Positions 39,998-50,161 are shown, counted from the stretch's first letter. The stretch: 64,000 nucleotides of DNA from Bacteroidia bacterium (GCA_965262565.1 CBDHFQ010000013.1:477-64476); one strand, 5' to 3'. The notes: generated by a model not told the origin, from the sequence alone. Made by a program: numbers and translations.

Positions 39998-40777
39998 ATG
40001 ATACGTAAATTGTTTCAGTTTCTGTATAATGCATATGTTCTTATCATTTTTTCCGTATTCGTACCTTTAGTATTATTTTTCTATTTATGTATTAACTGGC
40101 TTCCCGATAAGAAGCGGATGCTGATTATTTATCGTATCCATAGATGGTGGATAGGAAGTTGGGAAATGTTAACAAGGATTCAATTTACCTTGAGAGGGCA
40201 CGAACATATTGACCCAAATAAAACCTACATATTTGTATGTAATCATTGTAATCTCCTCGATATTTTGATCGTAGGATCATATATACAGCATTATTGGAAA
40301 CCACTTGTCAAAAAAGCCTTTATCAACTTTCCAGTGATGGGATGGTTGTTTCGTGCTATCTCTATTGATGTAGATCGTTCAAACCCTGAAAGTAGGATTA
40401 AAAGTGTAGCTAAAATGATGAAGTCATTAAATAACGGTCTGTCTATCATGATCTTTCCAGAAGGGACCAGGAACAGGACCAAATTACCTCTATCAGAGTT
40501 TCATCCAGGTGCCTTCAAATTGTCTATCCGATCCCAAATAGACATTATTCCTATAGTACTTACAGAAACCAGGTTTTTACAACCAGTAAATACGTTAAAT
40601 TTTTTCCCAGGTAAAGGATATATTACTATTCTTCCTGCTGTAAATGTGGCCCATTTTGATGAGCATAGTTTGAAGGCCCATGTTCATCAATTGATGTATG
40701 ATGAAATTGTTAATTTAGATCCCGCCTTCCAAAATTTTGGGGAGAGGCCTGTGATGTCAGGGCATACAAGTAAATAA
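39998..40777 (+). CDS. Lysophospholipid acyltransferase family protein, copy 2 (tandem paralog)
   Basis: Same layout as copy 1, with NHCNLLD and FPEGTRNR. Start taken at ATG 39998 (MIRKLFQ), 4 nt after the copy 1 stop. Confidence 0.8.
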   Translation: MIRKLFQFLYNAYVLIIFSVFVPLVLFFYLCINWLPDKKRMLIIYRIHRWWIGSWEMLTRIQFTLRGHEHIDPNKTYIFVCNHCNLLDILIVGSYIQHYWKPLVKKAFINFPVMGWLFRAISIDVDRSNPESRIKSVAKMMKSLNNGLSIMIFPEGTRNRTKLPLSEFHPGAFKLSIRSQIDIIPIVLTETRFLQPVNTLNFFPGKGYITILPAVNVAHFDEHSLKAHVHQLMYDEIVNLDPAFQNFGERPVMSGHTSK

Positions 40778-40822
40778 ATTACTTACTCATCATTTGAGTA
40801 TTGGTCGAAATATTTGGTATCT

Positions 40823-41149
40823 ATGAAGCAACGTGTATTATTTCAACTTGTCGGTTTAGAGGGAGAAGAAAAGGGCTTGACGAAGGAAGTGATGAATGTA
40901 GATCTTATGCATTGGAACGCATTAAGAAAGGTAGTTAAATCAAATTATCGACATATATTAGCCTATATTCAGAAAGATTTTCCCATTCATATGACGCGTC
41001 AGCAGTTCTTGGATACTGAAGGCGAAATGCGAGAAATTGATCTAAGGGATTTAAATGAGGATGCTTATGTGGCACACTTTTCATTAGATATATTTATCAG
41101 GCAGTTAGATGAATTAAGTGAAGCTGATATTATCTTTGACCTTAATTGA
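40823..41149 (+). CDS. Hypothetical protein
   Basis: ORF of ~108 aa with no recognised motif. Its 3' end overlaps the convergent GT2 gene by 8 nt. Confidence 0.4.
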   Translation: MKQRVLFQLVGLEGEEKGLTKEVMNVDLMHWNALRKVVKSNYRHILAYIQKDFPIHMTRQQFLDTEGEMREIDLRDLNEDAYVAHFSLDIFIRQLDELSEADIIFDLN

Positions 41150-41954
41150 TACGACCATTGTTAATCATCGAAGTATTTTTTTCTTTCGATGATGTTCCTC
41201 CCTTTTTAGAAGGATAAACATTTTTATAATGACGATAAATTAACCACAATTGCCAGGGAGCCAGGATAAGGTCTGTTAACTTAATCCGAGAATCCCCCTT
41301 TTCTATCCATGTACTTAGAGGAATCTCTAATGTTTCCTTATAGATGTTAGTTATCCCCAATTCATGTTTAGCTCTGGCAAATAACTCTACATCAAAAAGC
41401 CATCTACTGAGGAAAGGACTTGAACAGAGAGGAGTCACCAGAGAACGATGAAAAAATTTAGCTCCACACTGGGTATCATAAATTGGCAATCCTAAGGCTA
41501 AACTTGCAAAGGTGGAAAAAATACGGCCAAAATAATGTCGGAGTGGACTTCTTTGTACATTGGCACCCATCCTTTTAATTCTAGAGCCAATGATAATTTT
41601 ATGCTTGAATGACTGATGGCAAACGTATAAAAAATAATCAATTTCGGTTAATGGAGTGGCTAAATCTGCATCAAAATACCCAATATAATCATAGCGATTA
41701 TGTGCTACTGCCTGTAACATTCCCTTTCTGACTGCCTCTGCCTTCCCTTTATTTTCTGGCAATGAAAGTATATTGACCTGCCCTTCAAATCCCTGTTTAA
41801 GTTCTTCCAGCTTTAGTTTTGTCTGATCTTTACTCCCATCGTTAACAAAAATAAAATCTATTCTCTTGTGTTGGAGGAAATAATCGCGAAAGATTGGTAA
41901 TTCCAATCTGTTTGCCTCGTTATAACAAGGGATGATTATACAGATATTTTGCAT
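41142..41954 (-). CDS. Family 2 glycosyltransferase (polyprenyl-phosphate glycosyltransferase-like)
   Basis: 270 aa. IIIPCYNE...VNDGSKD...DAD is the GT-A fold DxD pattern. Confidence 0.85.
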   Translation of the reverse strand: MQNICIIIPCYNEANRLELPIFRDYFLQHKRIDFIFVNDGSKDQTKLKLEELKQGFEGQVNILSLPENKGKAEAVRKGMLQAVAHNRYDYIGYFDADLATPLTEIDYFLYVCHQSFKHKIIIGSRIKRMGANVQRSPLRHYFGRIFSTFASLALGLPIYDTQCGAKFFHRSLVTPLCSSPFLSRWLFDVELFARAKHELGITNIYKETLEIPLSTWIEKGDSRIKLTDLILAPWQLWLIYRHYKNVYPSKKGGTSSKEKNTSMINNGRIN

Positions 41955-42730
41955 ATCGTATAATTTGAGAGTCCTGGAAGCTTGATGCCAATTTTTTCCA
42001 TTTGTCTACTTATCTTATAATCAGTCCAAAGTACCTGAACAAATGCTTTGCTTTGTTGGTCGCTTCCTTTCCATATTCCTACTCCTGTAGCTTCTCTGGG
42101 TTTAATGAGTTCTCCCAGTTTTTGTATCATACGAGGAAATAGCAGGGAAGAAAAAAAATACCCTTGATGTAAAGGAATTATATTTGCCTGGGTTAGATGA
42201 GCGGCTAATAAGTGATTTGTATATCTTCTGTAATGAGCTAAAAAAGTATCGTGAGCACTAAACAGGAATTGGTACGCAGGAACGGTGATGAGAATATGGG
42301 TATTTTCGTCTATGCCAGGATGAGTTCTCAAATATTGAAGAAAAGCGATATCATCCTCTATATGCTCAATTACGTCTAACAGTAATACCAGGTTGATTTT
42401 TTCTCCTTGCCAAAAGGAAAATCCCTCTTCCATAGAAGTAAAGGCACGAATAGGAAGATGTTGTATAGATAATCTATCATTGATCTGCTTTACCATATCT
42501 TCTGAAAAAGCAATGTCAACAGCCTGAAATGATGCCTTTTTCCATTCTTTTGATAATTGTTCTACTAACCAAACATCACCACACCCCATGTCTAACACCT
42601 TAGCAGATTGATCAGGAATATGGGGAATAAAGCGCTTAACTAAATCGACGACCACTTTTTTTCGTGCCAATTCCCAAGGGTGCCTTTTAGCTACCTGATA
42701 ATCGCTTAACTGAGCCTCTTTTAAATCCAT
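41936..42730 (-). CDS. Class I SAM-dependent methyltransferase
   Basis: 264 aa with VLDMGCGDVW (motif I). Its 3' end overlaps the GT2 start by 19 nt, suggesting co-transcription. Confidence 0.8.
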   Translation of the reverse strand: MDLKEAQLSDYQVAKRHPWELARKKVVVDLVKRFIPHIPDQSAKVLDMGCGDVWLVEQLSKEWKKASFQAVDIAFSEDMVKQINDRLSIQHLPIRAFTSMEEGFSFWQGEKINLVLLLDVIEHIEDDIAFLQYLRTHPGIDENTHILITVPAYQFLFSAHDTFLAHYRRYTNHLLAAHLTQANIIPLHQGYFFSSLLFPRMIQKLGELIKPREATGVGIWKGSDQQSKAFVQVLWTDYKISRQMEKIGIKLPGLSNYTICKISV

Positions 42731-42843
42731 AGTTTTTCGCCTTTCCGCAATTCAGATAGCAAAATAGGTAAATGTTAGATTGAGACCAATCTTTTTGATT
42801 TTTCGTCTATCCTTCTATCTTAGGAGGAAATCATCTTACACAT

Positions 42844-44133
42844 ATGAAATTATACACTAAGATTCTACTGGGAATGATCCTCGGCATCATAGCAGGGATC
42901 ATTTACAATCAATTAGGGTGGGGACATCTCACAATTTATACTGATTGGATAGGCGATATATTCATCCGCTTGGTGCAAATGTTAGTTGTGCCTCTAGTAT
43001 TAGTATCTCTCATTCTAGGTGCAGCGAATTTAGGTGATATTAATAAAGTAGGTAAGATGGGGCTAAAGGCATTTAGTTTTTTCCTTTTTACAACAGCAGT
43101 GGCAGCTATCATAGGAATTTTTGTAGCTAATGTTGGCCAACCAGGAGTTGGTCTACCTTCTGATAAAAAGGACCAATTAATGGAGCAATATGAAGAGAAA
43201 GCGGCTACTACAGCTGCTGGTGCTACAGAAATGGCAGAGAAGAGTGAGTTTGAAAAAGTGATTGATTTGGTAGTGAGGTTAGTACCCAGAAATCCTTTTG
43301 GTTCTATGGCCAGTGCAGATATGTTGGGAGTAATTTTTTTCGCCCTTTTTCTGGGAATCGCCATTACGCTGATAGATGATGAAAAAGCTGAATTTTTGAT
43401 AAAATCACTTGATGGGCTGAATGATGCGGTAATTAAAATGGTTGAATTAGCGATGGAAACTGCTCCTTATGGAGTATTTGCCCTTATGTTGAATGTTGTT
43501 GCTTCATTGGGGCTGGATATATTACTTCTTCTTGTCAAGTATGGTTTCATCGTGATCGTTGGATTGGTGCTTCATATTGTTATTACCCATTTTTCGTTTA
43601 TCTATTTTTATGTCAAACAGAGTCCTATCTTATTCATAAAAGCCATTAAGGAGGCTATACTGCTTGCTTTTAGTACCAGCTCAAGTAGTGCGACTTTACC
43701 TATTAGTATGAATGTAGCCGAAAAAAATCTTGGAGTATCAAAGCAAGTCAGCAGTTTTGTCCTTCCATTGGGTGCGACAATAAATATGGATGGAACAGCT
43801 GTTTATCAGGCCATTGCAGCGATATTTATTGCACAGGTTTTCGGAATTGAGTTGACCTTTGTTCAACAATTGACGATTATCCTTACGGCTACTTTAGCTT
43901 CAGTAGGTGCTGCAGGAGTTCCGGGAGCTGGTATGATTACCCTTGCATTAGTATTAACCACCATCGGAGTACCTGAAATGGGAATAGCACTCATCTTTGG
44001 AATCGACAGGATCCTGGATATGTGTAGGACAGTGATTAATGTGTTCGGGGACTTAACGTTAACCACTGTTATGGCAAAATCTGAAGGGGAAGTCGTAACT
44101 ATAAGAACTGACCAAGATTTGATTCCAGGTTAA
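42844..44133 (+). CDS. Dicarboxylate/amino acid:cation symporter (DAACS, GltP-like)
   Basis: 429 aa, polytopic. SSSATLP, NMDGTA and the GAAGVPGAG hairpin motifs are present. Confidence 0.9.
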   Translation: MKLYTKILLGMILGIIAGIIYNQLGWGHLTIYTDWIGDIFIRLVQMLVVPLVLVSLILGAANLGDINKVGKMGLKAFSFFLFTTAVAAIIGIFVANVGQPGVGLPSDKKDQLMEQYEEKAATTAAGATEMAEKSEFEKVIDLVVRLVPRNPFGSMASADMLGVIFFALFLGIAITLIDDEKAEFLIKSLDGLNDAVIKMVELAMETAPYGVFALMLNVVASLGLDILLLLVKYGFIVIVGLVLHIVITHFSFIYFYVKQSPILFIKAIKEAILLAFSTSSSSATLPISMNVAEKNLGVSKQVSSFVLPLGATINMDGTAVYQAIAAIFIAQVFGIELTFVQQLTIILTATLASVGAAGVPGAGMITLALVLTTIGVPEMGIALIFGIDRILDMCRTVINVFGDLTLTTVMAKSEGEVVTIRTDQDLIPG

Positions 44134-44250
44134 TGCGCTTCCTATCGGTGTATATTGATAGAAATGGGCTGATGGCAAAATTTTTTAATGTCAGGGAATA
44201 GAATGATAGCATGGGATGTCTAATATGAAAATTAACTAACATTATTAATT

Positions 44251-44661
44251 ATGAAAAACAGGAAAATTATCATAGTCATACCTATTCTTTTAATAGCTTT
44301 ATTTTTGAGTACAAGCCAAATGTTTGCTCAGGGGAGACGGCCACAGGCTGATCCTGATACGATGGCAGCACGTCTTTCTAAGTTGATGGTAGATAACTTA
44401 GAATTGACTGAAGAGCAGGCGAATAGTGTTGAGGAAATCAATTTAAAGTATGCTAACCAATTAGCAGAAGTGAGAGACCAAAATAGAGATGACAGGGAAG
44501 CAATGCGAGCATCATTGGACGAAATAAGGGTGGCCAGAAATGAAGAAATGGAAACCTTACTGACTGAAGAGCAATATGTAGCTTACAAGGAATTGATGAA
44601 AAAACAAATGAAACGACGTTCTTCCAGGGATGGTGAAAGTCGTAGAGGTGGAAATAGATAA
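44251..44661 (+). CDS. Small periplasmic protein with LTEEQ repeats (Spy/CpxP-like or DUF4890-like)
   Basis: 136 aa with a signal peptide, two LTEEQ-containing helices and a basic tail. Confidence 0.5.
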   Translation: MKNRKIIIVIPILLIALFLSTSQMFAQGRRPQADPDTMAARLSKLMVDNLELTEEQANSVEEINLKYANQLAEVRDQNRDDREAMRASLDEIRVARNEEMETLLTEEQYVAYKELMKKQMKRRSSRDGESRRGGNR

Positions 44662-44685
44662 CGTATAACATCATAATTATTAATC

Positions 44686-44715
44686 AAGAGGCTGTCTCCA
44701 TAAAGTCAGCCTCTT
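44686..44715. terminator. Hairpin between convergent genes
   Basis: AAGAGGCTG-N12-CAGCCTCTT is a 9-bp stem. Confidence 0.55.
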
Positions 44716-44758
44716 CTCTATTATATAGGATATTCAGTCACCATGAAAAATGTCTTAA

Positions 44759-45115
44759 TCAATTCATAGATGCTTTATGCTCCATCTCTTCTGATCTATA
44801 ATTGACTGCCTGCACTGATAAGGTAATTTCTTCCAGGTGTTGAAGAATTTTTAACATGCTAAATAAATTTTTAGCAGTAGGATTTCCACCTGGACTTAGC
44901 ATACGCATTAAACTTTTAGCAGATTTACCAGTAAGGATAGCCAATTTTTCGAAACCTATAGTAGCTTTAATATAGGTTCTTAGTACAGATTTTCCTGTTT
45001 CAAGATCACCTTCTAGCATAAGGCTAATACTTTCAGTAAGTAATCCTTTTCTATATTCAGGATCACTTAATGCACGAGCTTGAACCGTTTGTTTAAAATC
45101 TTTTGTGATGGCCAT
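44759..45115 (-). CDS. Addiction-module antidote protein (HigA-like HTH antitoxin, TIGR02684-type)
   Basis: 118 aa. DPEYRKGLLTESISLMLEGDLETGKSVLRTYIKATIGFEKLA...SLMRMLSPGGNPT is the typical pattern of this antitoxin family. Confidence 0.8.
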   Translation of the reverse strand: MAITKDFKQTVQARALSDPEYRKGLLTESISLMLEGDLETGKSVLRTYIKATIGFEKLAILTGKSAKSLMRMLSPGGNPTAKNLFSMLKILQHLEEITLSVQAVNYRSEEMEHKASMN

Positions 45116-45452
45116 AATTTCTATTTGTTTTAAATAGTTTATAATTTTTCCAATTTGATTTTGCTCTTTCTATATCCATTTTCTGCCCTCTTTTTATTCC
45201 ACCTCCTAATAAAATGACCCAACTTTCACCGTCTTTCCCTAAATAGATTCTATATCCAGGCCCACAATTAATCCTGCATTCAAAAACTCCGTCTCCGATC
45301 CCTTTCACTTGTGAAAAATTTCCATTTTCTATTCGAGCTAAGTAAGTGGTAACTTTTATGGCAGCCTGAGAATCTAGTTTCATAAACCACCTTTTAAAAG
45401 GGCTATAACCTTTATGATTTATATATTCTTTAATCTGAATCAAAGGTAACAT
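45093..45452 (-). CDS. Addiction-module killer protein (RelE/ParE-superfamily toxin, TIGR02683-type)
   Basis: 119 aa. SPFKRWFMKLD..AAIKVTTYLARIENGNF..VKGIGDGVFECRI..GPGYRIY are present. It sits upstream of, and overlaps, the antitoxin by 23 nt (toxin-first order as in HigBA). Confidence 0.8.
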   Translation of the reverse strand: MLPLIQIKEYINHKGYSPFKRWFMKLDSQAAIKVTTYLARIENGNFSQVKGIGDGVFECRINCGPGYRIYLGKDGESWVILLGGGIKRGQKMDIERAKSNWKNYKLFKTNRNYGHHKRF

Positions 45453-45586
45453 AAATGATACTATTTTGCAAGTGTTTTTCTAAAAATTCTTTTTTAAGTT
45501 ATTGTAATAATCAACCCTTCCAATGCTGCCAAAGGACCAATGAGGAGTTGGTTATTTGAGAAGGGGAAAAATTTATTTTTAATGAA

Positions 45587-45811
45587 TTACTTCAGGATTT
45601 CTCTGCAAAGCTCAATGTCTTGGTCAATTTCATCTATACAATTTATTATCTCTGCGAGCGCTAGCTGAGCTTTATTAAGTTTCTTAGTCAGGTGTTTTAC
45701 AATACCACCTAATAGTTTAATTCTATGCTCCAGAGAATTTCTTTGCCGTTCCTGAAATTGTTTATTGACTATCTCGATTTGTATTAGCTTTTCTATATCT
45801 TTTGTGTTCAT
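45587..45811 (-). CDS. Hypothetical small helical protein
   Basis: 74-aa ORF with coiled-coil-like composition, 36 nt downstream of the 184-aa ORF on the same strand. Confidence 0.35.
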   Translation of the reverse strand: MNTKDIEKLIQIEIVNKQFQERQRNSLEHRIKLLGGIVKHLTKKLNKAQLALAEIINCIDEIDQDIELCREILK

Positions 45812-45847
45812 TTTTACATAACAATATTCTGATCTACAACGGAGTAA

Positions 45848-46402
45848 TTAGTTTTGACCGATTCTTAGGAGTGGATTGGACTGAGAAGCATGAACTGAAT
45901 AATTATGATGGATTTTCTCTAATTTTAATATTCTCTGATGTATGGCCTCCAGGGTTGGTTTTTCAAGATCAGGTAATTGGGAGACTTTTTCCAACTTGAT
46001 TTTAATACCCCAAAGGGTTTTGGTTGAAAGGCTCACGACTGAACGAGTCATTAACTCTCCGAAACTGAATGCTGCGAACTTTAGAATAGTGTTTTTATCG
46101 TGTGAAGTTTTACTCATTCCTTTTCTGGCATTCAGTACTTCATCTATATGTTCAATTCCTAATCGGAGACTTATCTCCCTGATTCGAGTTAAAATGAGAT
46201 GTTTATGCTGATAGGACATCATTGGGGATAGTTGAAATCTCCAACTAAAATCCATTAGATAAGATAAATATTGTAAATAATTCTCCTGCAGGGATTTATT
46301 TTCAAGCATTATTTTGTCTAATAATGCATTTGCATAACAGATTAGTTCATCTCTAGAGCAAGATTGATCGGGATTATTTCTTCGGTAGTTTCTTTGTTTC
46401 AT
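45848..46402 (-). CDS. Hypothetical protein
   Basis: 184-aa ORF with no recognised motif. Confidence 0.45.
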   Translation of the reverse strand: MKQRNYRRNNPDQSCSRDELICYANALLDKIMLENKSLQENYLQYLSYLMDFSWRFQLSPMMSYQHKHLILTRIREISLRLGIEHIDEVLNARKGMSKTSHDKNTILKFAAFSFGELMTRSVVSLSTKTLWGIKIKLEKVSQLPDLEKPTLEAIHQRILKLEKIHHNYSVHASQSNPLLRIGQN

Positions 46403-46418
46403 ATGACAGATAATTAAA

Positions 46419-46446
46419 TTTAGCCTCGGCTATGGCCGAGGCTAAA
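46419..46446 (-). terminator. Strong hairpin after the large hydrolase gene
   Basis: TTTAGCCTCGGC-TATG-GCCGAGGCTAAA is a perfect 12-bp stem, 8 nt after the stop at 46454. It is the first convincing terminator-like structure downstream of the minus-strand tra block. Confidence 0.6.
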
Positions 46447-46453
46447 CAGGTAT

Positions 46454-49400
46454 TTAGGGAACCCAAAATGATACAGGATAGCTCCAGTCTGTGAATTCAT
46501 TAAGATGAAAAGCACGTATCCTACATAAATAACTTCCTTGATCGAGATGAAGGGTTAAAGAATGAACATCGGTTAGAGTAATTATTTCACCATTAATTTC
46601 AAGTTCGAACATGGTGATAGGCGACTGAATCAATGATTCATTAATTTGCCATGAAATAGTTAAAGGGCTTTGTTGGATTCCGTCTTGAGGAGAATAAAGA
46701 GAAATAAGTTGAGTATTTAATGGATTAGAAGGTTGGATGATATTATTTTTTGTAATTGCCAGCCAATCTAATCTTAGAGAACCTGTGGTAGGCAAAATGG
46801 TAAAGTCATATATTCCAGCTTTAAAGAAAATCTCCTCAATTAATATTTGATTGTTAGCAGATATATCTTCAGGATAGCGAACTGATGTTAATAATAGACT
46901 ATCCAGCAGTAATTTAAGTTCGACATTTTCCTGGCTTTCGATCATACCTAGATTTATTTGATAAAACCCGGCTTCCTTAACTGATATCTGATAATTTACT
47001 GCATTATTTTCTGGGACTTCTATTCCGAAGCTTTCAGCAAGAAAAATATCGTTTACGTCATCGCTTTTTTCTCGGGAAAAATCTTCAGCTTCTATTTGGC
47101 CTGGAATATCATGAATCATATCTCCAGATATTACTTTTATGTTAATGCCTTGAGATACTGTTTTTCGTCCTTCCTCATCAATCAATTCAGCAGCCAACAA
47201 AAAATCTCCCGTATAGACATCATACCAAGTAGCAGTAAAAGGGGGGGAATGATCCTCTCCTATCCATTCTGAGTTTACATAGAAGTTTACTAATTGTGTA
47301 TTGTTCTTTTGAGAGTTGTTTACACCTGCGATAATATGAATATCTTCACCTTCAAAATAGGTACTATTATTTTGAGGGGATAATATTCGAATAGAAGTAT
47401 TTGAACTATCACATTGATATTCTGTTAATCCAATATCATGAGCTAATCCTTGAGATACTTCTTTTTTATATAGAATCATTCGATCAATAAAATGCCCTTT
47501 TGATCTTCCAGACAATTCAAGGGTGTAAATCCCAGGCGAATTAAAATCTGCAAAAAATTCAAGGCCCTCCAAATCGCTTACTTTTGTCCTAAATGTCCAA
47601 TCAGTGGTACCCCATGAGTATCCTTTTCCCCAACCATCTGCAGTAGATCCTTTAAATATGGGAGATTTTCCCACACCCGCGGGATATGCTTTTTTACCAT
47701 CTAGTTCTCCATAAAAATCATCTGCATCTGGAAACCTTACCCAGGTATCATTATGTTCTGAAGGATCAGAGCCATATCCAACTTTTGTTCTGAAGTCAAA
47801 TCTATATGTTCCTGGTGAGCTTATCTCAAACTTATAAGTTAATGGGCTATTACCAGGCTCGTCCAAATAATTTTGACCCATATATTCGATATAGCTCCGG
47901 CCTGTAAATCCTGAAATATTGGTTTTTTCTTCCCACCCTTGACTTAACTGAGTATTCTCCGCTTCCATGACAATAACTCCATCCTTTTCTCTAAATACTT
48001 CATCACACTGGTCTTCATTGTCTTTTTCTTCCTTTAATATATCATTAGTTACATTTATGTGTACAGGATTAGAAAAAATTTCATTTCCATCTAGATCTAT
48101 TGCTTTTGCCGTTAAAGTGAATTCACCTTCAGGAATATCGCGCCAGGTAAAACTAAATGGTGGATTTCTAAAATGAGTGAAGGCATATCTCCCTAATAAA
48201 AAGCTTACACTTTGAATGTTATCTAATCCCGAGCTTACTTCAGCATAAATTTCAATAGTTGATCCTGGTTTTATAACTGAGGAATCTGTTGGGCTAACAA
48301 TAGCTATTTGTATTTCTTTATTAATATTTTCTTCATTCCTTAATAACACAACCCAATCATTATTATCAGGTGAATCGCCCAGGTAAATATTTGTTCCCCC
48401 TTTGACTTCTTTTGATTGAGGATCAATAATTATTTCACCAGTTCTAGGATTAAACCAGTAGATTGAGAATATCCCTTGTTGTTTTGAAAGATTTAGATCA
48501 GTGCCTCCACCTTCTGGTAGATAGACTACATAGATTTCACCTTCTTTAGCAAAACAATATTTACTATTGTTATTGTCTAAGTTCCCGATAAGGGCATTAG
48601 CATTATGCATTTCATGAAATGGCAAATATTCTTCAAAGAATTTTATGGCATAATGAACGTAATCCCAAAACTGATCTCTGCTTCTATAATCGCTCCCTTC
48701 AAAATCAGTTTGATTATCTGGCCAATCTGTGCCCCAAAACCATTCCATTCCAGCTCCTCCTGCCATAAGGTGTCCCCAGAGCCCCTTTTTCCTTACATCT
48801 TCCTGAGTATATTCTCCTTCATTTGGAGAGGCTGGATTGGATGCGGTTAATCCATCCATTGGAAGGCCTCTATTAACTGGAGGCTGTTCATCATGTGCGA
48901 TAATCCATGGCTTTCCTTGCTGTGCAGATTTACTGCGTATAGCTAAGGCCATCTTATGAGCGCGATAATATTCTCCCTGCATACTAGTTCCGGTAAAGGA
49001 AGAAACTGATCCCATATGGGGTTCAAAGGTTTGATTTTCTTTGCCTCCCCAGTTATGAATAGTTATGTTATGCGGATATGGATTTATTTCATCAAGATAT
49101 CGAGCTAGTTGGGCTGAGAAATCTGAATGAGGATTATCAGGATCTCCGAATTCTTCCCCAATGTTCCAAGATACTCCCAAAAAATGCCCAAATCTTGCGA
49201 CCATTTCACGGTAATAGATCTTATGTCTGTCATTTATTGTGAGGCCTTCCAAGTCATAATTTTCATGCTCAGATAATTTGAACTGAAGATGAATCCCCTT
49301 TTTTTGAGCATGATCAATCACAATTTGCCATTGATCGAGTTTCGAACAATCAAATCTAACCCTATCGCTAGAAGAAATATATGGATATATTCCTTTAACA

Positions 49401-50161
49401 TCTCCTTTGACAGCCATTGTTATAGGACCGATAGAATTTAGCCCTTTTGATGCCAGGTAATTAATAGCTCCAATAATTCCTTTACCTAGTCCATTTTTCC
49501 AGCTGGGATCTCCCTGATTCCAATCTTGTAAATGCCTTCCCCAATCATGTGTTCTGTCTCCTGTAGTACCGTCAAAATCGGTACAGCCTAAAAAATTTTC
49601 AGGAGAATCAGTCCCACCTTTTACAAAATATTTATTACTTCCTTCAAAACGCCAATAATGTGCTCCATTCCAAATTAGTCTTCCTTTTGAGCGAAAATCT
49701 CTTCCTGTCTTGTCGGAATCAACGATAGTAAATGCTCCGGAATATCCATCAATAGGTGTTACAGGAGTACCTTCATTCTCAGAAGTGCTGATAGAAATAT
49801 TGGCTCCCTTTTTGAAATTTATTACGTATTTCCAATCACCTGTATAAGATGGTGTAAAGTGTACCTTCCAGTGATTTCCGGATTCGGAACTGGTGTTAGA
49901 AGCATTTCCATCTGCAGCAAAATACCCGGGAACATTGACTTCCTCTAACCCGTGCACAAATGTAACATCCAAGCGATAATCGAGAAATGGATTTGGATTT
50001 CCATGTTCGGAAGCTTCCGGACCCTCTATATCCAATGTAATTGTATGCCATTTTCTCAATTCACCACTTAAGGAAACCTGGCTGAGGCCGGGCCGGCTCA
50101 ATAGAGAAAAATAGAGTGTAATTACGCATATGCGTATTATATATAAATATAAATATTTCAT
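46454..50161 (-). CDS. Large secreted DUF5060 / GH5-like (TIM-barrel) protein with Ig-like and carbohydrate-binding-like modules
   Basis: 1235 aa with a signal peptide. The N-terminal LRKWHTITLDIEGP...NPNPFLDYRLDVTF...VPGYFAADGNA...NHWKVHFTP..GDWKY matches the DUF5060 pattern. Two similar Ig-like modules are present (..PPFSFTWRDIPEGEFTLTAKAIDLDGN.. and ..PPFTATWYDVYTGDFLLAAELIDEEGR..). I recognised no T9SS tail. Confidence 0.75.
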   Translation of the reverse strand: MKYLYLYIIRICVITLYFSLLSRPGLSQVSLSGELRKWHTITLDIEGPEASEHGNPNPFLDYRLDVTFVHGLEEVNVPGYFAADGNASNTSSESGNHWKVHFTPSYTGDWKYVINFKKGANISISTSENEGTPVTPIDGYSGAFTIVDSDKTGRDFRSKGRLIWNGAHYWRFEGSNKYFVKGGTDSPENFLGCTDFDGTTGDRTHDWGRHLQDWNQGDPSWKNGLGKGIIGAINYLASKGLNSIGPITMAVKGDVKGIYPYISSSDRVRFDCSKLDQWQIVIDHAQKKGIHLQFKLSEHENYDLEGLTINDRHKIYYREMVARFGHFLGVSWNIGEEFGDPDNPHSDFSAQLARYLDEINPYPHNITIHNWGGKENQTFEPHMGSVSSFTGTSMQGEYYRAHKMALAIRSKSAQQGKPWIIAHDEQPPVNRGLPMDGLTASNPASPNEGEYTQEDVRKKGLWGHLMAGGAGMEWFWGTDWPDNQTDFEGSDYRSRDQFWDYVHYAIKFFEEYLPFHEMHNANALIGNLDNNNSKYCFAKEGEIYVVYLPEGGGTDLNLSKQQGIFSIYWFNPRTGEIIIDPQSKEVKGGTNIYLGDSPDNNDWVVLLRNEENINKEIQIAIVSPTDSSVIKPGSTIEIYAEVSSGLDNIQSVSFLLGRYAFTHFRNPPFSFTWRDIPEGEFTLTAKAIDLDGNEIFSNPVHINVTNDILKEEKDNEDQCDEVFREKDGVIVMEAENTQLSQGWEEKTNISGFTGRSYIEYMGQNYLDEPGNSPLTYKFEISSPGTYRFDFRTKVGYGSDPSEHNDTWVRFPDADDFYGELDGKKAYPAGVGKSPIFKGSTADGWGKGYSWGTTDWTFRTKVSDLEGLEFFADFNSPGIYTLELSGRSKGHFIDRMILYKKEVSQGLAHDIGLTEYQCDSSNTSIRILSPQNNSTYFEGEDIHIIAGVNNSQKNNTQLVNFYVNSEWIGEDHSPPFTATWYDVYTGDFLLAAELIDEEGRKTVSQGINIKVISGDMIHDIPGQIEAEDFSREKSDDVNDIFLAESFGIEVPENNAVNYQISVKEAGFYQINLGMIESQENVELKLLLDSLLLTSVRYPEDISANNQILIEEIFFKAGIYDFTILPTTGSLRLDWLAITKNNIIQPSNPLNTQLISLYSPQDGIQQSPLTISWQINESLIQSPITMFELEINGEIITLTDVHSLTLHLDQGSYLCRIRAFHLNEFTDWSYPVSFWVP

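Noticed and set aside
42936-43364. 142-aa ORF antisense to the symporter gene
   Set aside because: It is fully embedded opposite a polytopic DAACS transporter and has the typical shadow-frame composition.
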